NCBI GenBank assembly: GCA_037447605.1
Contig: CM074807.1
Coordinates: forward strand, 3,236,829 to 3,300,828
Length of the DNA: 64,000 bases
Direction: 5' to 3'
From: Zygnema circumcarinatum SAG 698-1b
Lineage: Eukaryota; Plantae; Zygnematophyceae
The notes beneath the pieces are model-generated. The model did not search any database. It was not told the origin of the DNA and saw nothing but the letters and a program-made list of their open reading frames with translations. Within the stretch, counting starts at the first letter, position 1. Every line of letters starts with the position of its first letter. A program made the translations under genes and the position numbers. This document shows, piece after piece, positions 48,862-61,880 of the stretch.

Positions 48862-49908
48862 GTATCCGGGTTGGCGCTGCTGCACCGACCAATGAAAGCC
48901 ACCGGAGGGGGAGGTTCGTACGAATTCGTACGATGGCACAGACACAGCCCTTTGGGTGGTGGTCGTATCAACCACCGCCGTATGTCCGTCCCAAGAAACG
49001 GCCGTGCAAGTAACGGAACAGAAGAGCCGTTCGATGCTCGAAAATATGTAAAATATCGAGGGCCAATATTCCCCGTCGCAAATCCGCGCGAGTTTTGAGA
49101 CTCGGCAGTTTCCGGTTTCTGGAAAACCGCGAAACCATATGAGTCTGGGTTTTCGGTTTTGAAAGGGTACGAGAAAAACCAGGTTTTTCCTGGAAAATGC
49201 CACTCGGTTTTCCTTTACGCATATTTCTGTACGGTAACAGCATGAATTCGGTGCCGTATCATACAAAAACAATTGTTCAAATGTCCCAGTTTTTATTCTC
49301 CACCCAAAATTTTGTTTTTTTTTTCTGGCCGGTTTGTACGACCCAACAAACCGGTTTCTAAGTTTTCGACATTTCGAAAAGACGAGACCTTTCTCGTGTG
49401 GTCAAGCGTCCCCAATGGTGGTTTGCCAGGTGTCACATGGCTACACGTGACGACTAGCCATTGGTGAGAACTTCAATATGGAGCGCCCTCCTTTCTCAAA
49501 TTAGGGTTTGCTGCTCCCGACAAGAGGCTGTGGGAGTGGGTGAGAGGGAGGGAGGGGCAGAGAGGGAGAGAGGTGTGAGAGAGGTAGAGAGAGGGAGAAA
49601 AACTAGAGAAGGCAAGTGTAAGGAAAGTTGAATTTTAGAGGGAAGAGAGAGAGAGGGGGTTTAGGGACTTGTCTGTGTGAAAGAGGGAGAAGGAGGCGGG
49701 CAGGAGCTGCCAAATACGAGACTGACAGGTGGATCTCGACTAAATTCTGCACTGTCTACAAGAAATTAGGGTTAATTTTTTGAGCAGTTTCTGCTGATTT
49801 CACGCCAACTGTCCTGCAAACTTGGAGCTTCCGTGCAACTTCATGCACAACTTGTTGTGTGAACATGGTTTGAAGATGCAAGCCTAGTTCTGTTGCCGTC
49901 TCAGATAA

Positions 49909-52900
49909 ATGGCGGACTTTTCCTTTGCAGAAGGGGGGGAAGCCCTGCCTTCTTCCAGCAGGGTTGCAGGAGGAAGCGTGCAGATAGAGGGTTGGAGAGC
50001 GAGAGAGCGGAAGAGAGAGATCGAGCGGGAGAAGGAGAGAGAGAGGGAGAGGGAGAAGGAGAAGGAGATGGAGAGGGAGAGAGAGAGGGAGAGAGAGAGG
50101 GAGAGGGAGAGGGAGCTGCGTAGCGGATACGCCAACGAAGAGGAAGAGGACGTTTGCAGGATTTGTCGAACAGCAGGGGAGGAGAGCAGCCCTCTGTACT
50201 ACCCCTGCGCGTGCAGCGGCAGCATCAAATATGTGCATCAGGAGTGCCTTCTGCAGTGGCTCAACCACAGCAATACTCGGCACTGCGAGGTGATCCTTAG
50301 GCCCAGTATTTTCCTGCAGTCTCTGTTGGGGGAGGGGCGTAGGGAGGGGGCCCAATGTATGAGCTGCAGTGGGAGAGAGTCGATAAAGTAAAGAGGGTAT
50401 AGAGAGAGAGAGAGGGAAGAGGAAGGGGTGGGAAAGGGATAGAGGGTAGGGAGAGAGGGGCAGCGAGAGAGAGGGAGAGGAGAGAAAGAGAGGGAGGAAA
50501 GTGAGGGATAGGGGCGAAGAGAGAATGAGAGAGAGGGAGAGGGGCGAGATTGTATGGGAAAAATAGAGAGTGGGGGGGGAGAGGGAGAGGAAGCGAGAGA
50601 GAGAGAGGGAGAGGGGGAGAGAGAGCGGGGGACGGGAGAGCGAGGAGGGGAGAGAGAGTGGGGGAGAAAGAGGGTTTAGAAGCGTGTACATGTTTAAAGA
50701 CACTGCTGCAGGAAAGAAACTGTAGCAGAATATCGATTGCTTTAGTTCGTTCGCATGTTTCTCTATTGATCTTTAGGGTTTCGTACATGAAAAGCGTGCA
50801 GGCTGCAATTCAGCAGTTTATATGCAATTCGGTTATACTTGTTTAAATGCTGTCGAAGTTGGAGAAACATTTGTAGAGCAGCTGATACTGACAAAAAAAT
50901 CGTTAAGGGAGTCGATACATCCGTGGTCGGATCTCATAAAGTGAAGAGCGACCTTAGTTGTAGTCTGTCCTTTCTCGTTTTAAGGCTTAGCGAGTCATTT
51001 GTGGGAACAGATAGTCATCCATTATCATCTCCAGGCATTCGTTCTCTTGTTTATTTTTCCAAATAATCGCAATCATGCTTCCGTAAGCATCATGGACAGG
51101 GTTTTCGACTGAACAATCTTCATCACACATACTACGTCCTTTCTCCAGTATTGAATTCGAAATTAATTTCGGAATGGATACTGGTTTTCCGGTGCAGGTC
51201 TGCAAACACCCATTTTCATTCTCTCCCGTGTATGCGGAAAATGCCCCTGCAAGACTTCCTTTGCAAGAGCTCTTAATTGGAGCAGCACTAAAAGCAGGGA
51301 GAGGTCTTCGATTTTCCGCCCGCCTAGGACTTGTTCTTAGTGTGTGGCTCCTCTTTATCCCCTTCACAACATGTTGGCTTTGGAGACTCACATTCGTCCG
51401 AACCTTTCAAGAAGCTCAAACTCTCCTTGCAGCTCGACTCTCTCCTCTCCTCCTCCTCACCGACTGCGTCTATGGCTCCTTGCTTTCTGCTGGAATTGTA
51501 TTTGTTTTCCTCTGCGCTACTTCACTCCGAGAATACTTTCGGCATGTGCACGATCACGGGAGAGAGGGAGAGCGAGAGCAGGACGAGGCTGCTGGAGAAA
51601 GAGAGAGAGTTAGGATAGGAGCTGGAAGAGGCAGAGGCGCTCGAATTGGTCGGCAAAATGCGAGACACGGTGATGGGTTTAATGGAGCTAATGGTGTAGT
51701 ACAAAGAGGAGTAGAAGGTGCAGGTCAGCAGGAGGTTGAAAATGCAGCCATAGGCGGAAGGTTGGAAGCTGTTCCTGGAGTTCCTGCTGCTCCTATTGAT
51801 GCGGAACCCGTTTTTGAAATCCCTGAGGAGTTGGATGCTATGGACGATATGCCGTTCGATGAGCTTGTGGGAATGCAGGGACCCATTCTTCACCTGGTGG
51901 AGAATGCTATCACGGTAAGATGAGAAGGGAGAGGCTTGTCGTTTTGCTTTTTCTCAATTGCCACGTTCGAGAAGTAAGATAATGAATATCTCCTTCTTGA
52001 TGTGAATGTTGCCTTCTTGTGTCTTGCAGGTTATGGCCAGCAATGCCATCTTTTTGGCGATTGTTCTACTCGCGCCCTTCACATTGGGCCGGATGGCTCT
52101 CTCTACAGCTGCATATCTCAGTATCACTCCACTAGGGGCTACTCTCCTCACCACTTGTTCAATGTTTTCCTCTTCCCTACATTCTCTGCTCGGATTAACA
52201 TATCTTCAAAAAGCAGCTCCAAAGATCAACAATCATTTGCCCATCAATGATTCGACCATCGTTTCGACAGTCCTTCCAAACATGTTGGATAACATCTCTT
52301 CCATACTTTCCACAAGTCTTCATGAGTCAAACCTATCCACAATGTACTCAAAACTGCTCGAACTCGGCAGTGCATTTGGAAGCAATAACGCATCCACTCC
52401 ATTAGGCTCAGTAATGCATACTTTGAAGAGCGTTTCTCAAAGGTACAGCAACCTTGTGGGTTTAGTGGGCTTCAGCAATCTAGTAAAGGCCCCTCACGAT
52501 GAGACGGTTCAGAGGACTCTTAAAACACTGGCTGCCTTCTCCGATGCAGCCACTGTGGCAGTAGGGTATGGAGTGATGGTAGGGGTACTACTCTCCTATG
52601 TGGCATTAGTGATGCTTGTTCGATATGTGAAGTCGGAGCCTCTTGTTGGAAGGAGTGGAGGCGGAGTGGCTACAGTTGCTGAAGCAGCACCTTCAATTGT
52701 GCGGCAAATTGTTGCAGGCGTGAGGTGAGTAGGTGGGAGAGAGAGAGAGGGAGAGGACGAGAGAGAGCAACAGAGAGAGCAACAGAGAGAGCAACAGAGA
52801 GGTTGGCAGAGAAACTGACCTGTAAGACATGCCTGTTTTTGAAACTTTGGAAGGGACAAAGTTCAGTTTTTGGGGTCCTGTAGATGAATGGGACCCTCTC

Positions 52901-55900
52901 GGAATCGCCATTCTCTGGTTAATGAAGCCCCTTTAACTTCACGCTGCTTTTGGGTTTTAGGAGGGCCTCATTAAACAGGTCTTTTTTTTTTTGGGGGGGG
53001 AGGGCTCAGATATATGGGCATGCTGATCAAAGTATTAGGCCTTTTGCTGGTGGAGCTGGGAGTCTTCCCCCTCTTCTGTGGATGGTGGCTGGATGTATGC
53101 ACTATGGGTCTGCTCAATGCGACATTGGCCCAACGCATCGCCTTTCTCAAGAGGGCCCCTCTCTCATGCTCTCTCCTCCATTGGCTGGTGGGCATTCTCT
53201 ACATGCTACAAGTCAGCATTTTCATCAGTCTTCTCCGGGAGGTAAGCTTTTCTTTCCTTTTCGTATCTTTGCCTCTCGTTCCTTCTTCCCTTTGACCTTG
53301 GTCTATTTTCTTCACCCGTGTTCGATGCCCAACACCCTCTCTCTCTCTTTCTCTCTCTCTCTCGCTCTCTCCCTCTCTCTCTCTCTCTACCCTCTCTCCA
53401 CCCCCTTCTGACCTTCCTCTATTTCCGTCACCCATTTCCTATGCCCCAAGTCCCCCCACTTCTCTCTCTCTCTGTCTCTCCCTCCTCCCTCTTTCATTCG
53501 TCTATTTTCTTCACCCATTTTCTATTGTCCCATTCCCTTCCCCCCCTCCTCTCCCTCCTTCCCCCTGCCCCCTCCCTCTCTCCCCCTCATGATACTTCCA
53601 ACACTACCATCCCAAAGCACGAGGATACATGAAGGCTGAAACCCCTCCTTCCCCCTGCCCCCTCCCTCTCTCCCCCTCATGATACTTCCAACACTACCAT
53701 CCCAAAGCACGAGGATACATGAAGGCTGAAACCCCTCCTTCCCCCTGCCCCCTCCCTCTCTCCCCCTCATGATACTTCCAACACTACCATCCCAAAGCAC
53801 GAGGCCCATATCATATCCCATACATGAAGGCTGAAACCCCTCCTTCCCCCTGCAGGTCCTCCGCCCTGGAGTCCTCTACTTTTTGCGGGACCCCACTGAC
53901 CCCAACTACAACCCCTTTAGGGATCTCGTGGATGACCCCGTCCCCAAACACGCTCGCAGAATGCTGCTCTCTCTGCTGGTCTATGCAAACCTCATCGTTC
54001 TGCTCGTTTTTCTGCCCGTGCAAGTGGCGTTGGCAATGGCTCCCTCCATCTTCCCTCTCAATCTCAGGTGAATGCAGATAATAAGAATCCGGATCGAAGC
54101 AATGTCTGTGTTTCACGTTTTGTTTTCGTTATTACTTTCGCACCCTACGTTTTTTTTTTCTTTTTTTTTTTTTTTTTTTCGTTTTTTTGTTCGGTTGTTG
54201 TTTGTGGTTGAGTTTTGGAGCCATCTCTTATGCAAGCTGTAGAGTGGTGCAGATTTTCGGACCCCTTCACTGAAATTCCGGCCGATATGCTGCTCTTCCA
54301 CGTATGCGTCCCCTTCACTATTGAGCATTTTCGACCCCGCCTCGCTATGAAGAGGATTTTGGGCCACTGGTTTACTATTGCAGGCCGAGCATTAGGGTTA
54401 ACCGACTTCCTGTTACCCCTGCCCGATAATGGCAATGGAGGAGGTGATGGTCGAGAGGTCAGAAGGCAGAATGGGCAAGCAGGAAATCTTATGCTGGAAG
54501 CACCCCCCCCTCCTCCTCCTCCTCCTCCTCCTCCTCTCCCTCACCCCCTACCAGGTGTTGCCGTTCCCTTTGAGAATGTTCTAGGAGAGGAGGCAGAGGG
54601 GAGAGATGAAGCTCGCAGGAAGGGTCCGGGACAAGCGTGGGAAGGAGATGAGAGTGGGGAGTCGGAAGAGTGAGCCCCTTTCTCTCCACTTTTTTTTTCC
54701 CTCGAAGTTTTCAGCTTGAGAAAATTTTACTCCCCGAAATCATGGAAATCGTTCTGCCCCCAACAGCGTTGACAGCCCTAATTCTGCAACAAAGAGAGAT
54801 GCTCGAACCCTGAATGAGACTGCTCTCTTAGCTTAAAACCCATCAAGAATCAAAAGTCCCAAAGGCTTAGCAGCAACCCTAGCCCAAACGTTGACTCTTG
54901 ACTTTTAACTACAGCAACCCTAAATCCGTCTCTTAACCCTGACCTTTTAACCCTAGAATTTCCCATAATGCTCACCCTACCTAACCCCTACTTTCGTTTC
55001 TTGGGCTGCTTGGTTTCAGCGGCACTTTAGCGGCCCGGCTCGTGATATTGGTGGTGGCTGCATGGCTCAGTTTGCTGTTCTGTAATGCGGCCGTTATGGT
55101 GTTCCCTGTGGCAATTGGCCGTTGGGTTTTCGGTCACATCACACGGCTGCCCTTCACATATGGAGCGCAATGTAACGGTGAGTTCTATGCCAGCCCCTCA
55201 TAATGTCAAACCTTTACGATGTCAAATTTGTATAATGTCAAATTTTAGCTCACCCTAGCAACTCTCGAAACCGACAATTCCTTCACCTTAAATCCCAAGA
55301 ACTTCCCCTTCCCCCCCCCCTTCCTTTTTTCCTTCTACACATCCATCTTACTTTCTGCTTGTCTCAGCCTTCCCATTCGGTTGCTTCTTAACCTTCTACT
55401 GTTCAGCTCTGAGAACTGTTCGAATCGGTTCGGTTAACTTATCAAGCTATCTGGATGGGTCACTGAGGCTTTTGAGCCCTCCTTTTTGGAGTGTATGTGC
55501 AGATATGTACGCATTTGGAATTGGCTGCTATGTTCTATGGGGCTCTGTGGCTGGTCTCCGTTATCTCGAGAGTTACCTTCACACCCATAATGCACGTGTT
55601 CTCCTTCTCCACATTCTGAAGTGGACCGGAATTGTATTGAAGAGCACCGCTCTATTGGCACTTTGGGTAAGCCTTGTTCAACTTCTCTGGCGATATTTGC
55701 TAGATCTACTATGCCCCATATTATGTATACTAAATTTCCAGTGAAATTGAGCTAGGTTAAACGGCTAAACTGCTACTTTTTTGTTGTTTTTGGCTCGTAT
55801 TTTTTCTGCAGATTGGAGTTGTTCCCGTTCTTATCGGCCTCCTATTTGAGCTCGTTGTTGTGGTGCCCCTCCGAGTGCCCGTAGATGAGAGCCCCGTCTT

Positions 55901-56760
55901 TCTACTCTATCAAGATTGGGCTTTGGGGCTACTTTTCCTCAAAATATGGACCCGTTTGGTATGCTACCAGTCTCTCCTCTCCGCTTTCTAATGAATGAAA
56001 AACCTTACCTTGGACATTGGCAGAAACCACAATCCTGTTGCACACTGAACAAATCTTTGTTCTTTCATGAAGGAAAGGAAGCTGTATGTTTTTTGGTTTA
56101 ACCCTTAACTGGAACTAGTGTTGCAGGTTATGGTGCCTCCTGCATGCATATTCATCATGAGTTCTCGCTTGTTCTAAAATATAGCTTCAGATTCACGTGT
56201 TTGACTACCAAGGAGGGTGTTTCGGCCCACTTGGGTCTGTTCGATTTCTGCAATCGTTTGGGCTTTCATTTCGGTTCTGTTTGCCATTAATTTCTACTGC
56301 TTGAAATTCTGAATCCCTTGTTGTCTTGATGCTGTTCAAGCAGGTAATGATGGGGCAGGCGAACCTCATAGCGGATGAGAGCTGGAGGGCAAAACTCGAG
56401 CGAGTGAAGAACGACGGCTTTGCTGGTCTTAACGGCTTTTGGGTCCTTCGAGAAATCATCTGCCCAGTCCTAAGGGACCTTCTAACGGCCCTTTGTGTCC
56501 CCTTCGTCTTATCAAAGGGACTATTTCCACTTCTGGGCTTCCCCCTGGTAGTCAATTCCGCCGTTTACCGCTTCGCTTGGCTCGCCTGTCTCGCCCTAAT
56601 TCTAGGGTTCTATGGCTTGAAGAGGGCGCATTCATGGCTCACGGACCTTCACAATTCCATAAGAGATGATCGGTATTTGGTGGGAAGGAGGCTCCATAAC
56701 TTCAAGGAACTGGCAAGCGGCCCCTCCCGGGGGGGAAGAGCGGTACTGCAAGGTCGTTGA
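49909..56760 (+). CDS. SUD1: ER-membrane RING-CH E3 ubiquitin ligase SUD1/CER9 (MARCH6/Doa10 family), ~11 exons
   Basis: EEEDVCRICR...LYYPCACSGSIKYVHQECLLQWLNHSN, VCKHPFSFSPVYAENAPARLP, DMPFDELVGMQGP, ELGVFPLFCGWWLDVC, RDPTDPNYNPFRDL, FSDPFTEIPADMLLFH, LHNSIRDDRYLVGRRLHNF. Confidence 0.95.
53553..53855 (+). repeat. 90-bp tandem repeat (3 copies plus a partial) ending at a SUD1 splice acceptor
   Basis: TCCCCCTCATGATACTTCC at 53581, 53671 and 53761. Confidence 0.9.
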
Positions 56761-58607
56761 AGAGAACGAGGGGAGGATATTGGAGGAGAGAATTGGCGGC
56801 CATTGGGAGAGTTTAAACTCCGGCTTCAAGGTGTAAAGAGGAAATTGGGTCGTTTTTTTGGGGGCTTCTGTAGGTTAAGTGGTGTTCGCACTTACGCCCT
56901 TTTCTGTGAAAACGCAGTTGTGCCTGGTTCTTCAAGAGGGCCTTGTCAGGGTCCCGTGGGTTCTGTGTCAGCCAGTGTTGGGGCTTGTACTGAATGGAGG
57001 TTTCAAGTGAGGTCATTGAAAAGTAGTTCTTATGTATATATGTGGTGTTGTGGCTGTACCCAGCTTGTTGTGAAGGTCATGTTCCTTTATGTCAAACAGA
57101 TAGCCCAGCGCCAATGACGCTTAGCATATGAGTAGGAGATGTTGGGGGTGATGATCTCATGTCATCGTATGATGTTGCGGTGCTTTTTTTTGCCGTGTTT
57201 TTGTGCCCTATACCTAATCCCTAAACCTAAAGCCCTCCCTTACTCCATGTTCAAATGCAAACCCTATTTCTCGCCTGCGAATTGCCAGCAAAAGGAGGAC
57301 ACATTTGCCGGTACCGGCAGCTCAGCCGCACCACCGATGCCTACGGACCAACAAGGAAATAGTTATTTCGAAAATTCAAACGATGGTAGGCGGATCAAGA
57401 TCGCGAGCGTTGCCTATTTGACCATACAATACTTGTCAGCAAGTGCACCTTATCTGACGGTTAGCCTAGGGAACACCCATTCACAATAATGTCCCTGACA
57501 TGCAGCTGAGTGAGCACCGCCATAGCCCACAAGAGGGAGGAAGGGGGGGGGGGGGGGGGCGGACAAAGGGCGAGCCGTTTGCGCTCCTACAATGTTCAAT
57601 GTTCTTACTAAAAAAGGCAAGATTTTGTTTAACATGCATGCATGCTTGCATGCGGTGGGTTCCGCGCGTGCGAACAATGTTCGCCGATGAACATGCCTAG
57701 AACTTGCGTTGCACCCACAAGGTAATATGCTCAACGGAACGGGGTCCCACGGAAAGGGCACCGCTACTGCCGTACGGTATGGAAGGCTTCCTCGGTAGCT
57801 TTTTTGCCGGCGACCGGCGGAAACACTTGCCGGCCGGTCGGACCCGGCTCAAAAAATTCCGCTAAACGACAAGCAATACCGCACGCTCTAATGGTTGTGA
57901 TTTGTACGGTCGACGACCGACAGCCGACCAAGGCAGCCGGCCGGCGAAAAGGAGAATGGAAATGGACGCGTGGCAATGGTCGGGCAGGAGGAGCTGCCCT
58001 GAAAAAATTGCCGCCTTTGGAATTTGTTTCTTTATTTTTGCGATTTTAATTGTTCTGATGGTACCGGTAAAGTTTCTCGGTCCGTTTAATGCTTTTTTTT
58101 TTGCATGCGCGTGCATGGCCACAGATTGCAGACTCGCAGGATCCATCTCAGCGTTCGGTGCTCACTGCGTTCGCCTACGGCGGAGGAGCGGACATGCAGC
58201 AGCATGCATGCATGCATGCAGGGAAGGCTAGCTTCTTGACGACGTGAGAGAGAGACGTTTTTCTCAAGGAGAATGAGTTGCTGGAATGAGTTTGGGAAGT
58301 GAGCAGAGAGGGAGAGGGAGAGAGAGTTGACTGCTGAAGAGTTTCAAAGACACCTATCTCTTTTGATCTCTTTTATCTCTTTTTCTCTCCCTCTTTCTCT
58401 CTCTTTCTCTCTCTCTCTCTCTCCCCCTCTCTCTTTCTCTCTCTCTTTGGATGCAGGCCTGCTCGCTGCATGTACGCTCGGATTTGTGATGTTGGACGGA
58501 TGCTTGACTGTCTACTGATTGGGAGAGAGAAAGTAATTGAGAGAAACTCGAAGAAATTTGGGATGTCTTCTTTAACGTATTGAATAAAATACCTCAAAAG
58601 TTGTCGT

Positions 58608-58958
58608 ATGGAGCATCTTGAAGAAGTTTCAGGTTCCCTTTGCTCATTCTTCCTATCTCCTCCCCTCATTTTTGGGATTAAACTGTTACTGCTGAAGCCT
58701 GCACATGGGTTTTCGTATCTGAGGTTCGCTCGATTTTTTCAGCGATCAGGAAATTTCATCAAAGAAAGCTCCACTTCAAGTACTTATAATGTTATCTCAG
58801 TACTTCTACTTTTTTTTTTGGCTCTTTTTTTGGCTCTCGCAGATAAAGAGCTGAACGAAATTGGCATTCTTTTGAGCAGCACATGCATTCCATCGAACAT
58901 GGGATACAGTCGTGACTATCGGTCACGCCCTCCCAGACACCACAGGTATCAACATCAC

Positions 58959-59000
<42 letters not shown>

Positions 59001-59780
59001 CTTGCGGGTAACTTTCCCTCAATAAAGCTTTAAATAAGAAAGCAGAAATCCAAAAAATAAAACAAAAAATCCAATGATTGTCAGCCTGAAGCCTGAGATA
59101 CAAACTCGTACGAACCTCACTTTCCTCTTCAATACAACACCCTCTGCTTGCCTGCATTGAAACCTTAAAGAAACCCCTAAAGCAAAAGTCATAGGAGGAC
59201 GCATAACACTTTTTCCAAATATCGATGTCGATTTCCTTTTATTTTAGGGTTTGCAGGAGGTTGGCGGTGAAGAAGGCCTTCAAAAGAAAGGCTCAAAAGT
59301 CGTCTTCAACTTCAGCCGTTTTTCGACATTTGAAACCTTTTTCTCAAAATCGGTACTTGGCCGGCTGCGCGACTCATCCATACGTACCTTCGGGCGTGGA
59401 TCTGGAAGGCGGCGAAGTACTCCTTTTTCACGGCACATGCGAGCCGGCGGCGCTTGCAATCATCGAAAGCGGCTTCGACTCGAAGTTCTGCAAAGCGCAA
59501 ATGTTTGGGAGAGGAATTTACTTCGCGGAATGTGCCTGCAAGGCCGATGTCTATTCTCAGCCTGCTCCATCCTCAGGTTCGCCCTTTTTTTCCAGTTTTT
59601 CATTCAATGGAAGGACGGATGGAACAGAAGTAATGACGACTAGTTTATGAATGATAATTGTTGCTGTATTCATGTTTTCAAGACATGGAGCTGGTTTGGT
59701 GTCTATTCGTTTGACCCATTTTTAGAGTGAGAGAGACGCGTGGAATGGTGTGGTAGACCTTAGACCCCCCATCTCTCCCC

Positions 59781-59811
<31 letters not shown>

Positions 59812-60446
59812 TCTCTTTCTCACTTTCCCTCTCCGCCTCCTCCCTACCTCTTCTCTCGCTGTTCAGAAAGCAACTCTTCCCACAAGGTTGTGGATAGAAA
59901 TTCTGGCTCAAACGAAGATGTTGTTTCTCCACCAGTGGTTTCGTTGCTGTTTTCTTATCCACTTATAGGTCTGTTTGTTATGATTTTGGCTCGAGTATTC
60001 ATGGGAGTTCCTCACCTTCAACTGCATCATAACAACTCCCTCACCTGTGCTCCAGAGGGGAAGGACTCTCTCATAGCTCTCAAACGGGTAAGTAAACGCA
60101 AATTATTGAATCTCTAGCACTAAGCTTCGACTGACTGCAACACCCTGCAATGCTTTTGAATGTGAATTTTTATATTTCCTGAGACTGAAGTAGCATTTGC
60201 AAAGCATTGAATTATAATCGTCTCCGGGTATGGGTATATTAGAGCACAATATCTGTTCATTTTTCTTATTATTTATTTTGGCTTTCTAGCGTTATTTTTT
60301 TTTTTTTGCTTGTATTTTTTACATTTTGACTGTTTTTTGTGCAGGATGACAATCCAAGTGCGGAGCTTGTTCTGTATAGAGAGTTTGTGCAATACGATTC
60401 GGAAAAGTGTGTTCCTCTGTACATCGTGTACTACAGCCGGGAATAA
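58608..60446 (+). CDS. Stand-alone PARP catalytic-domain protein (tankyrase-like ADP-ribosyltransferase, H-Y-E triad), ~225 aa, 5 exons
   Basis: Exons 58608-58632, 58843-58945, 59248-59576, 59969-60087, 60345-60446 join in phase (678 nt). Motifs EVLLFHGT, IIESGFD, MFGRGIYFAE, MILARVFMG, PEGKDS, LYREFVQY...PLYIVYY. Exons 1-2 are less certain than exons 3-5. Confidence 0.82.
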
Positions 60447-61188
60447 AGGCTTACAAATTAAAAAATAAAACAAAAAATCCAATGATTGTCAGCCTGAAGC
60501 CTGAGATACAAACTCGTACGAACCTCACTTTCCTCTTCAATACAACACCCTCTGCTTGCCTGCATTGAAACCTTAAAGAAACCCCTAAAGCAAAAGTCAT
60601 AGGAGGACGCATAACACTTTTTCCAAATATCGATGTCGATTTCCTTTTATTTTAGGGTTTGCAGGAGGTTGGCGGTGAAGAAGGCCTTCAAAAGAAAGGC
60701 TCAAAAGTCGTCTTCAACTTCAGCCGTTTTTCGACATTTGAAACCTTTTTCTCAAAATCGGTACTTGGCCGGCTGCGCGACTCATCCATACGTACCTTCG
60801 GGCGTGGATCTGGAAGGCGGCGAAGTACTCCTTTTTCACGGCACATGCGAGCCGGCGGCGCTTGCAATCATCGAAAGCGGCTTCGACTCGAAGTTCTGCA
60901 AAGCGCAAATGTTTGGGAGAGGAATTTACTTCGCGGAATGTGCCTGCAAGGCCGATGTCTATTCTCAGCCTGCTCCATCCTCAGGTTCGCCCTTTTTTTC
61001 CAGTTTTTCATTCAATGGAAGGACGGATGGAACAGAAGTAATGACGACTAGTTTATGAATGATAATTGTTGCTGTATTCATGTTTTCAAGACATGGAGCT
61101 GGTTTGGTGTCTATTCGTTTGACCCATTTTTAGAGTGAGAGAGACGCGTGGAATGGTGTGGTAGACCTTAGACCCCCCATCTCTCCCC

Positions 61189-61219
<31 letters not shown>

Positions 61220-61880
61220 TCTCTTTCTCACTTTCCCTCTCCGCCTCCTCCCTACCTCTTCTCTCGCTGTTCAGAAAGCAACTCTTCCCACAAGGTTGTG
61301 GATAGAAATTCTGGCTCAAACGAAGATGTTGTTTCTCCACCAGTGGTTTCGTTGCTGTTTTCTTATCCACTTATAGGTCTGTTTGTTATGATTTTGGCTC
61401 GAGTATTCATGGGAGTTCCTCACCTTCAACTGCATCATAACAACTCCCTCACCTGTGCTCCAGAGGGGAAGGACTCTCTCATAGCTCTCAAACGGGTAAG
61501 TAAACGCAAATTATTGAATCTCTAGCACTAAGCTTCGACTGACTGCAACACCCTGCAATGCTTTTGAATGTGAATTTTTATATTTCCTGAGACTGAAGTA
61601 GCATTTGCAAAGCATTGAATTATAATCGTCTCCGGGTATGGGTATATTAGAGCACAATATCTGTTCATTTTTCTTATTATTTATTTTGGCTTTCTAGCGT
61701 TATTTTTTTTTTTTTGCTTGTATTTTTTACATTTTGACTGTTTTTTGTGCAGGATGACAATCCAAGTGCGGAGCTTGTTCTGTATAGAGAGTTTGTGCAA
61801 TACGATTCGGAAAAGTGTGTTCCTCTGTACATCGTGTACTACAGCCGGGAATAAAGGCTTACAAATTAAAAATAAAACAA
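59052..61880 (+). repeat. Head-to-tail 1408-bp tandem duplication of PARP exons 3-5; the second copy (exons ~60656-61854) lacks exons 1-2
   Basis: Identical ORFs at offset 1408 (59225/60633, 59890/61298); no N gap; AAAAATAAAACAA at both unit ends and at the junction. Confidence 0.9.

Noticed and set aside
53553-53855. CRISPR-like array
   Set aside because: The units are contiguous and near-identical with no unique spacers, the locus is a eukaryotic intron, and there are no cas genes.
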